The notes under the pieces are model-generated. The model did no database searches and was not told the DNA's origin. It saw nothing but the letters and a program-made list of their open reading frames with translations. This document shows positions 54,062 to 64,000 of a stretch of DNA of 64,000 bases, one piece after another. Each line of letters opens with the position of its first letter. Position 1 is the first letter of the stretch. The translations under genes were made by a program, and so were the position numbers. Source of the stretch: a virus; the IMG/VR virus record IMGVR_UViG_3300037071_003688, one strand, 5' to 3'.

Positions 54062-57000
54062 ATGGGAACCACCACGACGAACGTGTACGCCAAGGACTTC
54101 AAGCGCGGTGACCGGCTCGCGTCCGGCTCCACCATCCTCGGCTACCTGAGACTCGCCAAGGGCGGCATCGCCTACATGGTCGAGACCCCCGGCGGCGCCC
54201 GCCGCGAACTCGTCTTCGACGGCCGTCGCAAGTACGCCATCGTCATCGAGACCGACTGAAAGGAAACCACCACATGGTCAAACCCAAGACATTCATCGTG
54301 ACTCTGCGAGGCACCGAGATCACCGACTTCGGGTTCCGCCTCCGGATCGACCTGACCGGCAAGCTCCCCGGCCCCACCAAGTTCGAGACCACGATCACGA
54401 CCCCCGACGAACTCGACGCAGCGATCGACGCCATCGTCGCCGCCGCCGACCGCCCGGAAGGCACCGAAACCTTCCCGGTCAACGGGTTCTACATCTCGGT
54501 CGACCCGAAGGCCGGTCGCTGGCCCGCCGGGTTCAAGGCCCGCTTCGACAAGTCCCTGACCCGGCGCTTCGAGACCATCGCCGCCTAGTCAAGACTGTTG
54601 ACAAACCGCAGACAACCTGCGCATAATACTGGTGTGAGGAAGGGTCCTCACAGGAAAGGAAACCACCACCATGTTGTTCACCGTTGGCTCCCGCTGGCGG
54701 GAGCGGTCGGGCAACGAGTTCGTCGTTGTCGGCAGGCTCGACAACGGCGCCCTCAAGGTCCGGTTCGACGGCGGCTGGACCCTGTTGCTGGCACCGTCCG
54801 AGCGGTTGAAGTGGACGGCGGTCGTCACCAACGACGAGTTCGCGGTGGCGGCATGAGCGTGGACGAACTCTGGATGCTCGTGCTCGCACGACGCGCCGAA
54901 ACCCCGACACCCACCGAGGAGGATGAATGACCGTGTACGGCCTCTACCGAGGCAACCCGAACGAGATCGGCATGATCGCCCCGAGCAAGGCTGCCGCCGC
55001 CACCATGCGAGCGATGTTCGGCCCCGCCTGGAAGGCCCGCAAGCTGACCGCCGCCGAGGCCAACGACCCGTGGGTCCTGGCCGAGATCGCAACGCTGACC
55101 GCCGAGGGAGTGTGGAACGCATGAACCGGGCCACCTACAACCGGGTGAGCGTCGGCGGCGACAACTCCAATGCCGATCTCATGAACGCCGCCCGCTACGC
55201 CATCCTCGCCAACCTCAAGACCGCCAAGGCCCGCTGGGTGATCGGCACGGCGCTCGACCTGTTCAGCCCCGAGAACGTCTACATGGACGGCGAACTGTTC
55301 TCCTACGGGAGCGAACGATGAGAGCACCGATCCCCCGCTACCACGACGGCTGGGACAACGGTGTCGCCTGGGTGCGCTCCGAACTCGGCAAGCGTGACCG
55401 GCCCGGCCGCTGGGCGCGAGCCGCACTCGCCAAGCTGCGGGCGGCGACGCCGTCCGGTTTGCGCGACGACTTCGGTTGGGGCTTCAAGGACGGCGCCGCG
55501 ACCACGCTCGCCAACCACCTCTACACCATCGACAACCTGGAAGGAACCGAATGACCACCCGAGAAAGCAAGACCCCACCGAGGGTCGCCACCGTCACCGC
55601 CCGCGCCAAAGACGTCGAAGTCAGCGGCACCGACCGGGCGCCGATCGTGATACCCGCCACCGCCGACAAGAAACACCCCGAACGTCTCGCCGCCGCGCTG
55701 CGAGGCTTCCTCGCTGACGCTTTCGTCGCCGGGTACGACAGGGCGAACGCCGACATGGCGATGATGGACGGGAACGACGAATGAACGTCAAGATCGAGTT
55801 CAACGTCGAGCCGACCGATCGGACACGGCTCGCCATCGCCCGGCTCACCGGCCGACGCGCCGAAGGGCTGGCGTCACGTGACACCGTCAAGCTGTTCTTC
55901 AAGACGTACGGGCTGAACGGCTACGAGTTGATCGCCGAGGAGATCGGCCGCATCAACGAGGAAGCTGCCCGGATCGCCAAGTCTCTCGCCACGGAAGGGG
56001 CATCATGACAACCACCACCCGCACCCGAGTCACCAAGCGCGAGGCCGAGCGCACGCTCAACGCCGTGAAGCGCATGTTCCGGGCGTACATCTCCGAGGGC
56101 TACGGTCCCGAACTTCGCAAGGACTGGGACTGGGGCTGGACCACCGAGGCCCATTACGACTGGGCGATCGTCTGGGAAGACGGCTCGCCCTACGACTGGA
56201 CGTACCTGTTCCCCGGCGGCGGCATAGACGAGGAGTTCGGCTTCCGCCACACCGAGGTCGAACTGCCCGAGGGTGTCTGGACCGAGGCGATCACCGGTTG
56301 GGCGCTCGCCATCTACCCGAAGGACTGGTGACCGATGAACGCTGAACTCCGCTCCCTCATCCGGCTCCGCGACGCTGCGTTGCGGGATCTCGACCGGGCC
56401 GACCGGATCGACAAGGGGAGCCGCTGGCTCACGCACCCGGACGAGATGCGCAGCCTGTCAGCCCGCTTCCACGAACTCGACGCCCGGGTCGAGGCGATGG
56501 GCGAGTCACCATGATCCTGTTCGGCTGGATCGTGGAAGCACTCACGATCGACTTCCTCATCTTCGATCTCATCCACCACCTACGAAAGGCACACCACTGA
56601 TGGACCCAGAGGCAACACTTGCGATCGTCAACGACGAAGCCGCCACATCGGATGAGCGTGACTTCGCTGCGCTCGACCTGCTGGTCTGGCTCGCCAAGGG
56701 TGGCGTCCTGCCCCCGATGGAGGGGCTGCGCCCCAAGGCTGATCTGATCGAACGCTGCGAGAGTCGAGTGATCGGCGCCATCGAGGGCTACGAGGAACGC
56801 TGATGCCCGAGCATGACCTGCCACCCGCCTGGGACATGGAACACGAGTTGTACCTCCGAGCCTGCGAAGGCGTCGACTGGAACTACTCGGAGACCTTCAC
56901 CGACCCGTGGGTCGACTACTGCGACTACTGCGAACGCGAGGGCCACACCTTCCGCTCCTGCCCCGCCCGCGACGACGACCCCGACTACTCCGAGGAGGAT

Positions 57001-57834
57001 CCCGATGCCTGACCGAACCGCCAACGATCGCCGGATGACCATGAACGACCTGTGCGACGAGATCTTCAACTCGCGCCTGCCCGGCTACCAGACCTGCCCG
57101 CCGTTCCCCGGCATGTTCCGCGAGCCGCCATGCGAATGCCACGAGTGCGGCGCCCCGCTCGAATCCGGTGACGAGACCCACTGCGAGGACTGCTCGTGAC
57201 GACTGAGCCGAAGGTCAACCGAGTCATGCGCAACACCGGCAAGGTGAAGGGGGCCATCGAGTGGCCGATCGCCTGGGCCGAATGGGACGCTCTCCCAGCG
57301 ACCGTGCGCGAGCGAGTCCGCGACCTGCTGGACGAGGCCGTCGATCTCGTCACCGCGTACGCTGCCGACCCCGCCGGGTGGCGGCGATGAGCGACTACGT
57401 CGAACTCACCGGCGACGACCTGCCGTACCATTTGCGCCCCGACGCGCCCCCACTCGCGACCTGCGACCGTTGTGGCCGGGCCACGTGGTCCGACGAGGTC
57501 CTCGACGGCGACTTCGATCTGATGACCCAACCTGACGGGATGGCGTGCGGGGGCCGGTTTCGCCGTGGGTAAGCGCGTCACGCAACGCAAGCTCTTGCGC
57601 GCCTCGATGGCCATGAACGCGCTGGCGGAGTGCGAGGACGCCGACGAGGTGTTCTGGCGGTACCACGACGCGGTCGTGCCGAAGTGGGACAAGGACGGCT
57701 ACCAGCAGTCCACGATCATGCTGCTCGAACGTGACCTGCCATCGACGCGGCTGCTCGTGCTCATGGGCAACCACCTGGCAGTGATGGCCGTCCCTGACGG
57801 CGATGTCCCTGGTTACGAGCCGCCGCCGACCTGA
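54062..57834 (+). other. Early host-takeover-type region of ~17 small ORFs (54062-54259, 54274-54588, 54671-54856, 54927-55124, 55121-55321, 55318-55554, 55551-55784, 55781-56008, 56005-56331, 56600-56803, 56803-57012, 57196-57390, 57565-57834 and others)
   Basis: Two early promoters, repeated strong RBS motif, ATGA-coupled ORFs of mostly 60-110 aa, several CxxC. Confidence 0.75.
54598..54627 (+). promoter_or_regulatory. Early sigma70-type promoter, copy 3
   Basis: TTGACAAACCGCAGACAACCTGCGCATAAT. Confidence 0.85.
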
Positions 57835-57859
57835 ACTGTCGCCGCGCTCAACTACAGTC
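57832..57859 (+). promoter_or_regulatory. Class-2 promoter TGTC-N12-TACAGT
   Basis: 27 of 28 nt identical to 61533-61560. Confidence 0.7.
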
Positions 57860-57883
57860 GACCTGTCCAGTTGAGGAGGGCAC

Positions 57884-58216
57884 TTGAGCATCAACCGAAA
57901 CCTGCGAGCCGTCAGCGACGAAGTCCGAGAACTCTGCCACTACCGGCACATGTGGGACCGCGTCGACTCGAACCATTGGACAGCCACCCGCGGCGACCCG
58001 CTGACGCTGCGCTGCATGAGATGCGGCACCGAGTTCCGCGCCCAGATCACACCGGGAGGCCAGTACGCCGGTCACCCCCGCTACGTGTACCCGCGCGGCT
58101 ACCTGTACGACCGCACCGAGCACCGCCTCACACACGCCGAACGACGAGCGTTGATCGTGCGCCAAGCGATCTTCACGGCCCGCAAGAACCGAACCACCAC
58201 GAGGAGAGCATCGTGA
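57884..58216 (+). CDS. Hypothetical protein with C..H.W...CxxC and YxYPxGY motifs
   Basis: RBS GAGGAGG, TTG start. Confidence 0.7.
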   Translation: MSINRNLRAVSDEVRELCHYRHMWDRVDSNHWTATRGDPLTLRCMRCGTEFRAQITPGGQYAGHPRYVYPRGYLYDRTEHRLTHAERRALIVRQAIFTARKNRTTTRRAS

Positions 58217-58662
58217 CCATGACTGATTTCCCACCCTCTGCCGACTGGGACGCGGGGCTGCCGCCGCCCCTCGACATCACCGCCCCGCTCACACCGGACG
58301 GCAAGGTCCCATGCCCGGTCCCGGGCTGTAGCGACCGGGTGACGAAGAACGCGCTCGGCCCGCACTTGAAGATGCACCGCAACCGTCAGGACCCGGGCAC
58401 CCCGCCACCGAAGTACAAGTCGAAGGCCAAAGCCGCCGCCGCCGCCGCCGCGAAGGTCAACGACGCGCCAGTGAAGCGTGCGTACACGCCGCGCGCGAAG
58501 CCGAAGCTGACCCCGGCCGACGTGGTCGACGGCGTGCTCACCATCCTGTTCCCGGTGAGCATCCCCACCGGCATGGCGCGCGAGGTGGCAGCCTGGATCG
58601 CAGACACCGAACGGCTCGCCGCCGCCGCGTTGGCCGACCAGGCTGAACCCGAGTCACCATGA
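58213..58662 (+). CDS. C2H2 zinc-finger protein with a Lys/Ala-rich linker
   Basis: CPVPGC-x11-HLKMH; KAKAAAAAAAK. Confidence 0.65.
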   Translation: MTMTDFPPSADWDAGLPPPLDITAPLTPDGKVPCPVPGCSDRVTKNALGPHLKMHRNRQDPGTPPPKYKSKAKAAAAAAAKVNDAPVKRAYTPRAKPKLTPADVVDGVLTILFPVSIPTGMAREVAAWIADTERLAAAALADQAEPESP

Positions 58663-59718
58663 GCTACGACACCCTGTTCGGACTCCGCGAGCGAGTCGCC
58701 GCGAACCTCGACCGGGCCGTCGCCACCGTCACCATCGGCGAGGAACGCTTCCTGTGGGAGATCTCGTTCCCGCTGCAACCCCAGATCCAACAAGCCCCGA
58801 ACGGGCAACTGGCGATGGCCGTCACACTCGGCGGCTGGGTGATTCTCAACTGCCCGTCACCGATCCTCGGTGACGCGTCGATCACGTCCGGCGCCCTGTT
58901 CGATCTCCGCCGCCTCGCCGACGACGAACAGACCGCCACTGAGGTGGTCCGCCAACTCGCCACCAATCTCCGCGAGGCCGTCGCCCAGAAGATCGCGCTC
59001 GACAACCCACCCGACCTACGGATGCCACCACCCGACCTACGGATGCCACCCCTCCCACCGGGTTGGTCGAGGCACGGATGAGCACCGACGATTGGAGAAA
59101 CGACATGCTCGAAACGATCCCGTCCCCCGACATGGACAAGCCTGACCTGCCGCGCTCGATCATCGCGCTGCGCGACGGCACCGCCCCGCCACCACCGAAC
59201 GCCGGGGTCGCGCGCGCCGCCCGGATGGACAAGATGGCAGCCGATGACGTCAAGCTGACCGACTTCCTCGCCGACCTCGCCCGCTACATCGACCATGCCG
59301 ACAAGGCCGAACTCGTCGGCGAGGACTGCGGCCCGCACATGGCGAAGCTCATCCGCGCCGAACGCGACCGGCTCGCCGCCAAGCAGGTCAAGCTGCGCGA
59401 GGAACTCGCCTACCTGCGGAGCATCTCGTGAGCCTCGGCGGCGCCGACCCGACCAAGAGCTACCACATCCAGTTCGACTACCGCGGTGTGCTCGTCGCCA
59501 TCGAGAACGAAGGGGACCCCGGCCGGACGTTCGGCCCTGACGCCTGGATCCTCGTCAACGCCCACGAATGGGCACGTGCGCAACGATCGGTCGCGTTCCT
59601 GCAAGCCATCCACGAACGAGCCAACGAGATCCCGAACGCGCCCGCCGCCACCAAACCGTCTCGCACGTATCGGGCGCCCGTCAAGCGTCCGGCCAAGCCG
59701 AAGGCGGCGAAGTCATGA
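58659..59718 (+). other. Three coupled hypothetical genes (58659-59081, 59078-59431, 59428-59718)
   Basis: ATGA/GTGA overlaps; 21-bp tandem duplication at 59007-59048. Confidence 0.65.
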
Positions 59719-60356
59719 GACGCCTCGTCGTACTGTTCGCGCTGCTGCTCACCCTCCTCCCCGGTCACGCGTTCGCGGACGTGGAACGCGGTGACCGGGG
59801 ATCTGAGGTGACCGAAGTTCAGACCATCCTCAAGGGCTACGGGTATACCGTCGTGGTCGACGGCACGTTCGGCCCCCAAACCGAGAAGGCGGTGCGCTCA
59901 TGGCAGAAGTCGAATGGTCTAGTGGTGGATGGAATCGTCGGACCCGCGACCCTGGCCTCTCTCCGCGGTGCCGTGCGCGTCGGCAACGCCCAGGTCGTTA
60001 CTGGCCTCAATGGGCTGCCGTTCGCACCCGCTGGGTTGAGTCCCTGTGACGAGATGTCGTTCTACCGGCAGCAAGCCGGGCTGCCCGACGTGTTCGACGC
60101 GCTCGGCTGGCGCGAGTCGAACTGCAACAACCGCGAGGGCGCCAAGTACAACACCTGGTGCTGCTACGGCTACTGGCAGAACTTCATCTCGTCGCATCTG
60201 TCACGCCATAGCGCCTACCGCGTCCCGATCATCGAGAAGTGTCAGGTCACCGGCGTCGAAGACATCAACTCGGACGTGCCGCTCGACAAGCAGAAGCAGG
60301 CGTGCGTCACCTTCATCCTGTACTCGATCTCCGGACTGACCCCCTGGCACACATGA
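59715..60356 (+). CDS. Secreted peptidoglycan-binding protein with lytic-transglycosylase-like domain
   Basis: Sec signal MRRLVVLFALLLTLLPGHAFA; PG-binding domain (VDGTFGPQT...DGIVGPAT); WRESNC and GYWQ lysozyme-fold motifs. Confidence 0.8.
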   Translation: MRRLVVLFALLLTLLPGHAFADVERGDRGSEVTEVQTILKGYGYTVVVDGTFGPQTEKAVRSWQKSNGLVVDGIVGPATLASLRGAVRVGNAQVVTGLNGLPFAPAGLSPCDEMSFYRQQAGLPDVFDALGWRESNCNNREGAKYNTWCCYGYWQNFISSHLSRHSAYRVPIIEKCQVTGVEDINSDVPLDKQKQACVTFILYSISGLTPWHT

Positions 60357-60900
60357 CCCGAGATGACCGGACCGAAGCGATCGCCCGCTGGGCGTTCACC
60401 GCGTTCGTCACCATCGTCGTGATCGGCTGGATCCTCTGGGGGTGGCTGACGTGACGACTCGTTTCCGCGACGAATACGAACAGACCTGGACGCCGCCGCC
60501 GACCCCGGCGCCCGGCCAGATCTGGGAGCGTGCCGGGCACCCAAGGTTCCAGGCGTTGCGGGTCGAGGCATTCGTCCCTGAGACCAGTCTCGGCCAACTC
60601 GTCGTGTTCACGTGGTGCGCCGTCACCGGGGGCCACGCCAACGTCGAACACGTCGAGGTCTTCCTGCGCCGCTCGACGTACCTCCACGGCGGACCATCGT
60701 GATCGCCGAAGCCCTGCCGACCGCCACCAAGATCCTGTTCGGCCTCGTCGCGATCGGACTCGTCGCCCCGGCGCTCTACAACGTGTTCAAGGCGACACCG
60801 GTCCGCGACCGGCACTACGACCGCAACCGGTACCGGCACAACAAGCCCGTCGACGTGAAGCGGTACCGCAACCTGTGGGTGGTCGACAGAGAGGACACCG

Positions 60901-61535
60901 ATGACGATCAATGAGATGCCCACCTGCTACATCGTGACGTTGCTGCCGCTCGACAACCCGAACTGCTCGATCTGGTCGTTCAACGTCGAGTGGTGCGGCA
61001 AAGCATGGAACGGCGACCCGAGGTACGCCGACCGGCAGTGGGCGGTGCGCCGCATGGGCGCCTGCCTGTCACGCGGCGGCAAGATGACCTACGAGCCGCA
61101 GCCGTCATCGCGGACCGCCGGGTTCTACAAGAACCATCGCTTCACGCTCGATGAGGCGCTCGCCGCCGCCCGAAAGCACGTCGGCAAGATCGTCGTCAAC
61201 GGCATGACCGCCGCCGACGTCGCATGAGGAAGCACACCATCGAGGAGAAACGCGAGGCGATGCGCCAATCGGCGAACTCGTCGCGGGCGACCGCCGACGA
61301 GATGGCCGCGATGTATGGCGGCTGCGACGACCCGCTGCACCCGTTCATGCGCTTCGACCCGCAACCATTCCGGGACTGGATCGACTTCCACGACCGTGTC
61401 ATTGTCCCGCTCGCCACGAGCGACATCGACACGGTCGTCCAGGAAGCGATGCGGCTGTACCGGCAAGCCAACCCGCACTTCATCGCCGCCTGCTTCTACC
61501 TCGCCGCCCGCTCCAACCCGAGCCTGGTCGACTGA
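60901..61535 (+). other. Two hypothetical genes (60901-61227, 61224-61535)
   Basis: Coupled ORFs; the first has a WAVR...YEPQPSSR...RFTLDEA motif. Confidence 0.65.
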
Positions 61536-61560
61536 ACTGTCGCCGCTCTCAACTACAGTC
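61533..61560 (+). promoter_or_regulatory. Class-2 promoter TGTC-N12-TACAGT upstream of the LPxTG gene
   Basis: Near-identical to 57832-57859. Confidence 0.7.
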
Positions 61561-61595
61561 ACCACAACCCACGACACCCGGAGAGGTTCAACAAC

Positions 61596-62291
61596 ATGAA
61601 GCGTCTGCTGGCGGCGATCGGAATCACGATCGGTGCAACACTCATCTCAGCGGGGACGGCCTCGGCTCACACCCCGAACGTCCACGACGAATGCGACGGC
61701 CTGTATGTCGTGCTCACCAACTACGAGTCGACCGCCGGTGACGCGTTCAACAACAAGGTCACCATCACAATCGACGGCGTCGCCACCGACTACGAGTTCG
61801 ACGCCTCGTTCTCCCGGACCGACTCGTGGACCCAGTTCGCTCCGCACACCTGGTCAGTCGTGATCGACGCCAACCGCAACAACGGCAACACCACGCAGTA
61901 CGACGTCAGCTACCAGGGGACCCAGACCCCGTGCCAGCCGACCACCACGGCGAGCACGACCACGACCACGACCACCACGACGACGCTGGCGCCGACGACG
62001 ACGACCACCGAGCCGACGACCACGACGACATGCCCCGACTGCGTGATCAACACCGTCGTGATCACCGAACCGACCACCACGACGACCGAGACACCGACCA
62101 CGACGATCATCGTGAGCACCGACGAGCCTCCGCTCCCAACGACCACGACGACCACCACCACGCTGGCGCCGGTCACGACCCCCGGCGCGCTGCCGCCGAC
62201 CGGTGGAGGTAACTCGAACGTCGCGATCGTCGCCGCCATCGCGGTCATCCTCGGCGTCGGATCGCTCGTCCTCGCACGGCACCGCTCATGA
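61596..62291 (+). CDS. Sortase-anchored (LPxTG) cell-surface protein with a Thr-rich stalk
   Basis: Signal peptide ending ASA; small beta domain; poly-Thr linker; LPPTG (62190-62204), hydrophobic helix and RHRS tail. Confidence 0.88.
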   Translation: MKRLLAAIGITIGATLISAGTASAHTPNVHDECDGLYVVLTNYESTAGDAFNNKVTITIDGVATDYEFDASFSRTDSWTQFAPHTWSVVIDANRNNGNTTQYDVSYQGTQTPCQPTTTASTTTTTTTTTTLAPTTTTTEPTTTTTCPDCVINTVVITEPTTTTTETPTTTIIVSTDEPPLPTTTTTTTTLAPVTTPGALPPTGGGNSNVAIVAAIAVILGVGSLVLARHRS

Positions 62292-62865
62292 GCAGCTACA
62301 AGACCGACATCGTGCTCGGCGACCGCTACGTCGATGAGCAGACCGGCTATGACGGTGTCGCGTCCGCGGTCACCTTCTACCAACACGCCTGCGAACGCGT
62401 CGTGTTGGAGTCGTACGACGCGTCACGTCGCGAGGTCAAAGAGGTCGTGTTCGACGCCCCTCGGCTGACGTCAATCGAGACCCGAGAGACGGCGACGAGC
62501 GCCCGCCCCGGCGGTGATCGGCCCGACACCTCACGACCTGCTGACGGGCGCCGATGAGCGACACGTTCTCCGTGTACCCTCCCGGGACCACCCGGGAGGA
62601 GATGGACAAGGCCAGCGGCTACGTCGCCAACGAGTTCGAGTGGGCAGCGACCCAACTCAATAAGGGCGACCAGTGCTGGTTCCGCAAACGCAACGGCCGC
62701 TTCGGCACGGGCGAGGAACTCGGCCCGTGGAAGTGGGGCACGTACCTGTCGAGCTACTTCTACGACGGCATGATCGCCCGCGTTGCCGAGGCCGACCCGG
62801 ACGATCTGATCGAGCACTCGCTGTTCCTCGACCTCGGCGACCAGATCTCGGCGACGCGACCTTGA
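62288..62865 (+). other. Two hypothetical genes (62288-62557 SH3-like, 62554-62865)
   Basis: ATGA-coupled; the first has LGD..D..TG..GV...C.RV...FD..RL. Confidence 0.65.
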
Positions 62866-63260
62866 GCGATTGCGTGTTCTGCGACATCGTGAAGGGTGAC
62901 GCCCCCGCCGAGATCCTTTACAGGTTCAAGCGTCCATCCCGGGGGGCTGGACGGCCCGAGGAGCCGATCTGCATCGCCGTCACACCGCTCAACCCGGTCG
63001 TGCCGGGGCACGTGCTGATCATCCCCGTCGAACATGTCGCCGACTTCACCGAAAGTATCCGCGTGACAGCCGATGCGATGGTGTGCGCAGCGAAGTACGC
63101 CCGCCATCACCGCATCGAGAACTGCAACTTGATCACCTCGCGCGGCGCGGCAGCGACGCAGACCGTGTTCCACCTCCACGTCCACCTCGTGCCCCGCACC
63201 TACGGCGACAACCTGCATCTGCCGTGGACCGTGCTCCGTGAAAGCGTGACCATCGAATGA
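62862..63260 (+). CDS. HIT-family nucleotide hydrolase
   Basis: DCVFCDIV, PGHVLIIP.EH, QTVFHLHVHLVPR histidine triad. Confidence 0.92.
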   Translation: MSDCVFCDIVKGDAPAEILYRFKRPSRGAGRPEEPICIAVTPLNPVVPGHVLIIPVEHVADFTESIRVTADAMVCAAKYARHHRIENCNLITSRGAAATQTVFHLHVHLVPRTYGDNLHLPWTVLRESVTIE

Positions 63261-63505
63261 ATCCGACCTGCGGCAACTGCGCGTTCTCGGCCCGCCCACC
63301 AGACCAACGGCCCCCGTACCGGATCGTGTACCAAGGCGCGCTCGAATGTCACCGCTACCCGCCGATCGTCGCCGGGCACACACTGATGGAGCATCCGATG
63401 TCGAACGTGCTGCCCGGCATCATGTTCCCCCAAGTCGACCCGACCGACTGGTGCGCCGAGCACCAACTGGCCCGAGGCCGCAACAGGAAGATCCCCCTCG
63501 ATTGA
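63257..63505 (+). CDS. Cys-rich small protein (CxxC...CHRYPP...DWCAEH)
   Basis: Conserved-looking metal-binding motif; ATGA overlap. Confidence 0.7.
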   Translation: MNPTCGNCAFSARPPDQRPPYRIVYQGALECHRYPPIVAGHTLMEHPMSNVLPGIMFPQVDPTDWCAEHQLARGRNRKIPLD

Positions 63506-63674
63506 GACGCCTCGACATCCCCCGGGCGCGCCGCTACCCGCGGCGACCAATCCGCCGACCGATCGCCGAGTTCTGGACGATGACATTCCCGACCCCCGGC
63601 ACGTGGAGCACGACAGCCTGGATCGAGGCCAAGATCCCGCCACCATCGAACGAACAGTTCATGCTGGTCAACGG

Positions 63675-63875
63675 GTGAACGACATCGAGGTGATGATCGG
63701 CGACGTCCCGTCGTGCCCGACCTGCGGTCACTTCGCGTGCGTCTGCACGATCAACGCCCAACACGACGAGGACTGCAAGTTCCGGCGCGCCGCCGCCGGG
63801 AACGTCGCCATCGAATGCGACCACGGCCACGATGTCTGCCCGATCTGCGATCCCTGCACCTGCGAAAGTCGTTGA
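63675..63875 (+). CDS. Cys/His-rich small protein
   Basis: CPTC, CVC, CDHGHDVCPICDPCTC. Confidence 0.65.
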   Translation: MNDIEVMIGDVPSCPTCGHFACVCTINAQHDEDCKFRRAAAGNVAIECDHGHDVCPICDPCTCESR

Positions 63876-63908
63876 ACTTTGGACCGATCCGGATGCGACG
63901 ATTGAGCG

Positions 63909-64000
63909 GTGAGCAAGGTCGTCAGCCAGTGTGTGTACTGCGGTGCTCCTCTCACCGCGGAGACGCTCACGGTCGACCACGTGATCCCGCGCTGCCGTGG
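63909..64000 (+). CDS. HNH endonuclease (partial, runs off the window)
   Basis: CVYCG...LTVDHVIPR.RG. Confidence 0.8.
   Translation, partial: MSKVVSQCVYCGAPLTAETLTVDHVIPRCR

Larger units (their letters stand above)
1..64000. mobile_element. Tailed dsDNA phage (siphovirus-like), partial genome, probable actinobacterial host
   Basis: Terminase, tape measure, major tail, Dit/hub, lysin/holin and phage replication genes; dense small ORFs with ATGA/TGATG overlaps; no host housekeeping genes. Confidence 0.97.

Noticed and set aside
30125-54630. 30-bp direct repeats as att sites of an integrated element
   Set aside because: Three copies, each an exact -35/-10 promoter facing small genes; no integrase seen
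61935-62180. ACC/ACG trinucleotide microsatellite as a contingency locus
   Set aside because: Mixed Thr codons encoding the stalk of the LPxTG protein; length change would not shift frame
1-64000. tRNA/rRNA genes, stop-codon recoding, or host-prophage junctions
   Set aside because: No cloverleaf or rRNA-like stretch recognised; genes read intact in code 11 using all three stops; no host genes at either end

Overview
The whole 64 kb is part of a high-GC, siphovirus-like tailed phage genome. No host genes, integrase, tRNA or CRISPR array were seen. An actinobacterial host is inferred from GC3-rich codons, many leaderless genes, an LPxTG protein and a zf-HC2 protein. Layout: (1) 0.2-9.5 kb (+), an unusual fibre/appendage module ending in a 1347-aa scaffold-like protein with ~29 TIxxPxGxLTLTGVAP repeats interrupted by Arg-rich inserts, plus small beta-rich proteins, adhesin-like beta-sandwich proteins and a minimal GT-A glycosyltransferase. 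(2) 9.5-25.1 kb (-), tape measure, Dit, hub, receptor-binding proteins sharing an N-terminal SSHxPxFD peptide, a sulfotransferase, endolysin and holin. (3) 25.2-29.4 kb (+), head-tail adaptor, major tail, terminator, HK97-gp10-like protein and a tail chaperone with a predicted -1 frameshift. (4) 30-64 kb (+), early/middle genes: Gam, Sak4-like ATPase, GT4, DUF2303, VRR-NUC, replication initiator with iterons, G39P-like protein, Tad1 and Acb4-like anti-defence sponges, MTase, SPFH protein, stand-alone anti-sigma zinc finger, terminase, secreted lytic transglycosylase, sortase-anchored protein, HIT hydrolase and many small ORFs driven by two repeated promoter classes. Portal and major capsid genes were not recognised in the window. 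The best candidate for a new system is a peptide-coded, possibly branched and glycosylated/sulfated virion fibre. All family assignments come from motif recognition by eye; no searches were run.
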